49,826 nucleotides of DNA from sequence record SRR20825010_3141, one strand, 5' to 3'. The notes below the pieces were generated by a model. The model was not told the DNA's origin. It searched no databases and worked only from the letters and a program-made list of their open reading frames with translations. A program made the translations under genes and the position numbers. Shown here in pieces: positions 46,401 through 49,826 of this stretch (position 1 is the stretch's first letter; every line of letters starts with the position of its first letter).

Positions 46401-47978
46401 TACAGCACGCCGGGTGTGGGACTGATCAGTCCTCCGCCTCACCACGACATCTATTCGATCGAGGATTTGGCTCAGCTGATCCACGATTTGAAGAACAGCA
46501 ACCCAGCGGCACGCGTTAGCGTGAAGTTGGTCAGCGAAGTGGGTGTTGGTGTGATTGCATCGGGTGTTGCCAAGGCTCACGCTGACCACATCCTGATCTC
46601 AGGTGACACCGGCGGAACGGGGGCATCGCCACTGACCAGCATCAAGCACGCCGGATTGCCGTGGGAACTCGGGATCGCTGAAACCCATCAAGTCTTGGTG
46701 CTCAACGATTTGCGTAGCCGCGTTGTGTTGCAAACCGATGGTGGTTTGAAAACCGGACGCGACGTCGTCATCGCTGCCTTGCTCGGAGCCGAAGAGTTTG
46801 GTTTCTCAACCGCGCCGTTGATCACTCTGGGCTGCATCATGATGCGGAAGTGTCACTTGAACACTTGCCCGGTCGGCATTGCGACTCAGGATCCCGAACT
46901 GCGCAAGATGTTCTCGGGCAAACCAGAGCACGTTGTGAACTACTTGTTCATGGTCGCTGAGGAAGCTCGCCGGATCATGGCCCGACTTGGCTTCCGCACG
47001 ATCGACGAAATGGTCGGCCGCAGCGATGTGTTGTCGACCGACGACGCGATCAAGCACTGGAAGAGCGATGGATTGGATTTGACATCCGTCCTCAGCCCCG
47101 CGCAGCGTCCTCACGACAAGGTCGAAGTGATCTGCACACGCGGCCAAGATCACGGTTTGGAAAAATCGCTCGACATGACCAAGTTGGTCGCCGAAGCGAT
47201 GCCTGCGATCGAAAACGGCGAATCCGTTCGCATCACGTCGCCGATCATCAACATCAACCGGACTGTCGGGACGATCTTGTCGCACGAGATCGCCAAACGG
47301 CACGGCCAAGCGGGTTTGCCCGACGACACCATCCACATCGACCTGACTGGTTCAGCGGGACAAAGCCTCGGTGCGTTCCTCGCTCACGGTGTCACGATTG
47401 AACTGGAAGGCGACGCGAATGATTACGTCGGCAAAGGTTTGTCCGGCGGACGCATCATGGTCTACCCGCCTCGTGAAAGCACGTTCGATGCTGCCAACGA
47501 AATCATCGTCGGCAACGTTTGCTTGTACGGTGCGACCAGCGGCGAAGCCTACTTCAGTGGCCGGGCGGCAGAGCGTTTCTGCGTTCGAAACAGCGGTGCT
47601 CGCACCGTCGTCGAAGGCGTCGGGGACCACGGTTGTGAATACATGACCGGCGGACGCGTGGTGTGTCTCGGTGAAACCGGACGCAACTTCGCTGCGGGTA
47701 TGTCGGGCGGGATCGCTTACATCTGGGATCGCAAGGGCGACTTCAACCTTCATTGCAACTTGGCCACCGTCGAGTTGGAAAAGATCGAAGGTGAAGCGGA
47801 ACTCGCGGATGTCAAAGGCATGATCGAGAAGCACCACGAGTACACCAAGAGTGCGTTGGCTGCGGAAGCCTTGGCGGACTTTGACACGTTCGTGTCGCAG
47901 TGCGTCAAAGTCATGCCGACAGACTACAAACGCGTGCTGGCTGAAATGGCTACCGAGAAAGACGCGGTCAGCGTTTGA
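43413..47978 (+). CDS. gltB: Glutamate synthase large subunit
   Basis: EKDA/CGVG Ntn glutaminase start, HSRFSTNT, SHNGEINT, SNTGEGGE, QGAKPGEGG, CIMMRKCHLNTCPVG [3Fe-4S], GXGXG C-domain; 1521 aa. Confidence 0.98.
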   Translation: MTKQPLFHLPPAQGLYDPEHEKDACGVGFVAHIKGAPSHQIVIDADTILQNMDHRGACGCEPNTGDGSGIMCGLPHKFLQKVAKADLGVELPEEGKFSAGLIFLPTDEAERKVCKDTIARLIEETGQKLIGWRDVPQETDAADVGPTARQSEPVIEQLFVGAADGLSNLEFERQLYLIRKQASHELRGGTKIKQALMFYVCSLSTKVIIYKGMLTPAQVMPYFPDLRDEDFETHLAMVHSRFSTNTFPSWDRAQPLRFMSHNGEINTLRGNANWMRAREGTAASEIYGDELKKLFPVVEPHLSDSGTFDNVLEFLLMNGRTLQEAIMMMVPEAWQKHETMPEEKRAFYEYFSCMMEPWDGPASIAFTDGKCIGATLDRNGLRPSRYYITHDDRVIMASEVGVLPVDPSIVREKGRLQPGKMFLIDFEAGRLIPDEELKADFARKKPYGKWLKQQRIRLADLHPEAEGHGFDGDTLLPRMQAFGYTAETMNFMLRPLVEQLRDPVGSMGNDSALACLSDKPRMIYDYFKQLFAQVTNPAIDSIREEVIMSLECYIGPEQNLLAATPEHCHRLLIDHPILTNEEVAALKHVDHERWHSRVIDTTFDRSEGKAGLTKTLDRICAEAEAAVDEGLQIIVLSDRDVSHDRVPVSMLLATGAVHHHLVAKAKRTRVGIAVETGEAREVHHHCLLIGYGADAINPYLAFEALWQAHRDGLMSPTLDDDKIVAAYRKAVAKGMLKVMAKMGISTLQSYKGAQIFEALGLRDEVIKRCFVGTASRIQGVTFDVIAEETLRRHKLGFPDKESDRLTQLPNLGEFHWRAEGEKHAWSPQAISSLQIAARNNNEDAYWKFSHEINEDNRTRCTLRGLLDFKEGVGGPALPLDEVQSAKDIVKRFCTGAMSLGSISAESHETLAIAMNRLGGKSNTGEGGEDPKRFLPLPNGDTKRSAIKQIASGRFGVTIEYLTNADELQIKVSQGAKPGEGGELPGKKVDNYIANIRYSTPGVGLISPPPHHDIYSIEDLAQLIHDLKNSNPAARVSVKLVSEVGVGVIASGVAKAHADHILISGDTGGTGASPLTSIKHAGLPWELGIAETHQVLVLNDLRSRVVLQTDGGLKTGRDVVIAALLGAEEFGFSTAPLITLGCIMMRKCHLNTCPVGIATQDPELRKMFSGKPEHVVNYLFMVAEEARRIMARLGFRTIDEMVGRSDVLSTDDAIKHWKSDGLDLTSVLSPAQRPHDKVEVICTRGQDHGLEKSLDMTKLVAEAMPAIENGESVRITSPIININRTVGTILSHEIAKRHGQAGLPDDTIHIDLTGSAGQSLGAFLAHGVTIELEGDANDYVGKGLSGGRIMVYPPRESTFDAANEIIVGNVCLYGATSGEAYFSGRAAERFCVRNSGARTVVEGVGDHGCEYMTGGRVVCLGETGRNFAAGMSGGIAYIWDRKGDFNLHCNLATVELEKIEGEAELADVKGMIEKHHEYTKSALAAEALADFDTFVSQCVKVMPTDYKRVLAEMATEKDAVSV

Positions 47979-47992
47979 AAATGACGGCACCC

Positions 47993-48070
47993 ATCGCTTG
48001 CTTTGCAAAGCGATTGAAAACGATCGGGCGAAGCGAATCGCTTCGCCCGGCACGCGTGGCTATCGCCGCG
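47993..48070. repeat. Cluster of inverted repeats in the gltB-gltD spacer
   Basis: Perfect CGGGCGAAGCGA-A-TCGCTTCGCCCG (48025-48049), flanked by ATCGCTT..AAGCGAT (47993-48014) and a weaker GC hairpin (about 48053-48070). Confidence 0.6.
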
Positions 48071-48122
48071 AAAACCCACCCCACATCAACCGTACACATC
48101 ACCCCATTTTGAGGACTCTGCC

Positions 48123-49625
48123 ATGGGCAAGCCCACTGGATTCAAGGAATTCGATCGCGAAAAAGTTGCTTGGCGATTGCCAGTCATCCGGATCAATGAT
48201 TACGACGAGATCTATACCGAACCCAAGACCGAGCACCTGCAGCGGCAGGGCGCTCGCTGCATGGACTGCGGTGTTCCATTTTGTCAGTCTGCCACCGGAT
48301 GTCCGATCGACAACTTGATTCCTGAGTGGAACGACCTGGTTTACAACAACCGTTGGAAGGAAGCGATCGAGCGTCTGCACAAGACCAACAACTTCCCTGA
48401 ATTCACCGGTCGCGTTTGCCCGGCACCTTGTGAAGGATCGTGCGTGTTGGGAATCACCAACCCGCCCGTGACGATCAAGAACATCGAAAACGCAATCGTC
48501 GACCGTGCTTGGGAAGAAGGCTGGATCGTTGCCGAGCCGCCTGAACAACGCACTGGCAAAAAGGTCGCTGTCATCGGCAGTGGGCCTGCTGGTTTGACGG
48601 CCGCAGACCAACTGAACAAAGCGGGCCATTTGGTCACCGTCTACGAACGTGCCGATCGCATCGGTGGTTTGTTGCAGTACGGCATTCCCAACATGAAGTT
48701 GTCGAAGAAAGCCGTTCAACGTCGCGTCGACAAAATGACCGAAGAAGGTGTGACGTTCAAAACCGGAGTGAATGTTGGCGTCGACGTCTCGCCCAAGGAA
48801 TTGCAGAGCGAGTTCAATGCTGTGTTGTTGGCTTGTGGTGCGACCAAGCCGCGTGATTTGCCGATCCCGGGCCGCGAAGCCAAGGGCGTTCATTTCGCGA
48901 TGGACTTCCTCACCTCCAACACAAAGCAACGCGTTCACAGTGACAATTTGGGAGCCGAATTCATCAGTGCCGAGGGCAAGGATGTGATCGTGATCGGCGG
49001 TGGTGACACTGGAACCGACTGCATCGGAACCAGCCTTCGTCATGGTTGTCGCAGCATGGTCAACTTTGAATTGCTGCCCCAACCACCTGCTGAGCGTGCA
49101 GACGACAACCCGTGGCCCGAATGGCCTCGTATTTTCCGTGTCGATTACGGACATGAAGAGGCCGAAGCGAAGTTCGGTAAAGACCCTCGTGAGTATCAGA
49201 TCCTCAGCAAAGAGTATTTGGTCGACGACGAAGGCAAGCTGAAAGGCATCAAGACCGTCAACGTCGAGTGGACAAAGAATGACGAAGGCGGCTGGCAAAT
49301 GGCCGAAGTCGAAGGCAGCGAAAAAGAATGGCCTGCTCAACTGATTTTGTTGGCGATGGGTTTCTTGGGACCGGAGCAAACCGTTGCGGAATCGCTCGGC
49401 CTCGAGACGGACGCTCGCAGCAACTTCCAAGCAGAACATGGCAAGTACGCGACCAACATCGACGGCGTGTTTGCCGCGGGTGACTGCCGACGTGGTCAAA
49501 GCTTGGTGGTTTGGGCGATCAACGAAGGCCGTGGTGCCGCTCGTGCGATCGATATCTTCCTGGAAGGTTCCAGCAACCTACCAGCCCCAGGCCAAACGAT
49601 GGGCACATCAATGGCTGCCGTCTGA
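48123..49625 (+). CDS. gltD: Glutamate synthase small subunit
   Basis: [10 protein letters not shown]...[47 protein letters not shown]. Confidence 0.98.
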   Translation: MGKPTGFKEFDREKVAWRLPVIRINDYDEIYTEPKTEHLQRQGARCMDCGVPFCQSATGCPIDNLIPEWNDLVYNNRWKEAIERLHKTNNFPEFTGRVCPAPCEGSCVLGITNPPVTIKNIENAIVDRAWEEGWIVAEPPEQRTGKKVAVIGSGPAGLTAADQLNKAGHLVTVYERADRIGGLLQYGIPNMKLSKKAVQRRVDKMTEEGVTFKTGVNVGVDVSPKELQSEFNAVLLACGATKPRDLPIPGREAKGVHFAMDFLTSNTKQRVHSDNLGAEFISAEGKDVIVIGGGDTGTDCIGTSLRHGCRSMVNFELLPQPPAERADDNPWPEWPRIFRVDYGHEEAEAKFGKDPREYQILSKEYLVDDEGKLKGIKTVNVEWTKNDEGGWQMAEVEGSEKEWPAQLILLAMGFLGPEQTVAESLGLETDARSNFQAEHGKYATNIDGVFAAGDCRRGQSLVVWAINEGRGAARAIDIFLEGSSNLPAPGQTMGTSMAAV

Positions 49626-49654
49626 GCCAAGCCTGGCCCAAACAAATCCCCGCG

Positions 49655-49688
49655 AAAGCGACCTTCATTCATTGAGGGTCGCTTTTTT
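49655..49688 (+). terminator. Rho-independent terminator after gltD
   Basis: AAAGCGACCTTCA-TTCAT-TGAGGGTCGCTTT-TTT. Confidence 0.85.
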
Positions 49689-49736
49689 CGTGTCGGTCAT
49701 CAGTCGCATCTGTCGCACATCGCCATCACGCTACAT

Positions 49737-49826
49737 CGCCCCGGACGGGGCCGTCGTCCATAGCTCGGGGCGGAAAGCCAATGGCACTTACTTTTGCCAA
49801 TTCACCCTCCCCCTGGGAGGGTCGAG
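49737..49826. repeat. REP-like palindromic extragenic element(s), probably cut by the window edge
   Basis: GCCCC-GGAC-GGGGC, CGCCCCG..CGGGGCG and ACCCTCCC-CCT-GGGAGGGT hairpins in non-coding DNA after the terminator. Confidence 0.5.

Noticed and set aside
43407-49499. Long antisense ORFs (500, 394, 233 and 466 aa) opposite gltB and gltD
   Set aside because: They are shadow ORFs produced by the codon bias of well-conserved sense genes and show no protein motifs.

Overview
This window looks like core chromosome of a planctomycete, most likely Rhodopirellula-like. That assignment is inferred from gene content: a DUF1559 prepilin/H-X9-DG protein, a DUF1570-type protein, an archaeal-type MfnB homologue, a Hanks-type kinase and a Cys/Pro-rich secreted protein. 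It holds about 41 densely packed CDS and one tRNA-Gly(GCC). Recognisable genes are rph, larE, sthA, flgL-fliW-csrA, moaD/moaE, suhB, an aguB-like amidase, bioD, rnd, mfnB, tig, fabH, yqgE, nadE, a LysR regulator and gltBD. No transposase, integrase, prophage or CRISPR array was seen; a palindromic REP-like element starts at the right edge. The most interesting signal is regulatory. fliW and csrA are separated by a terminator and 458 bp, yet each is preceded by the same bipartite motif (GTGAACT-N14-GTCGATGA) and then a GGA-rich leader. The csrA leader carries two ANGGAN-hexaloop hairpins typical of CsrA sites, which suggests a FliW-CsrA feedback circuit wired differently from the Bacillus model. 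Also notable are two divergent genes whose start codons overlap in one CATG, a three-cysteine LarE coupled to a Ser/Thr kinase, and a long FlgL with three internal repeats. All family calls come from reading motifs by eye; no database search was run.
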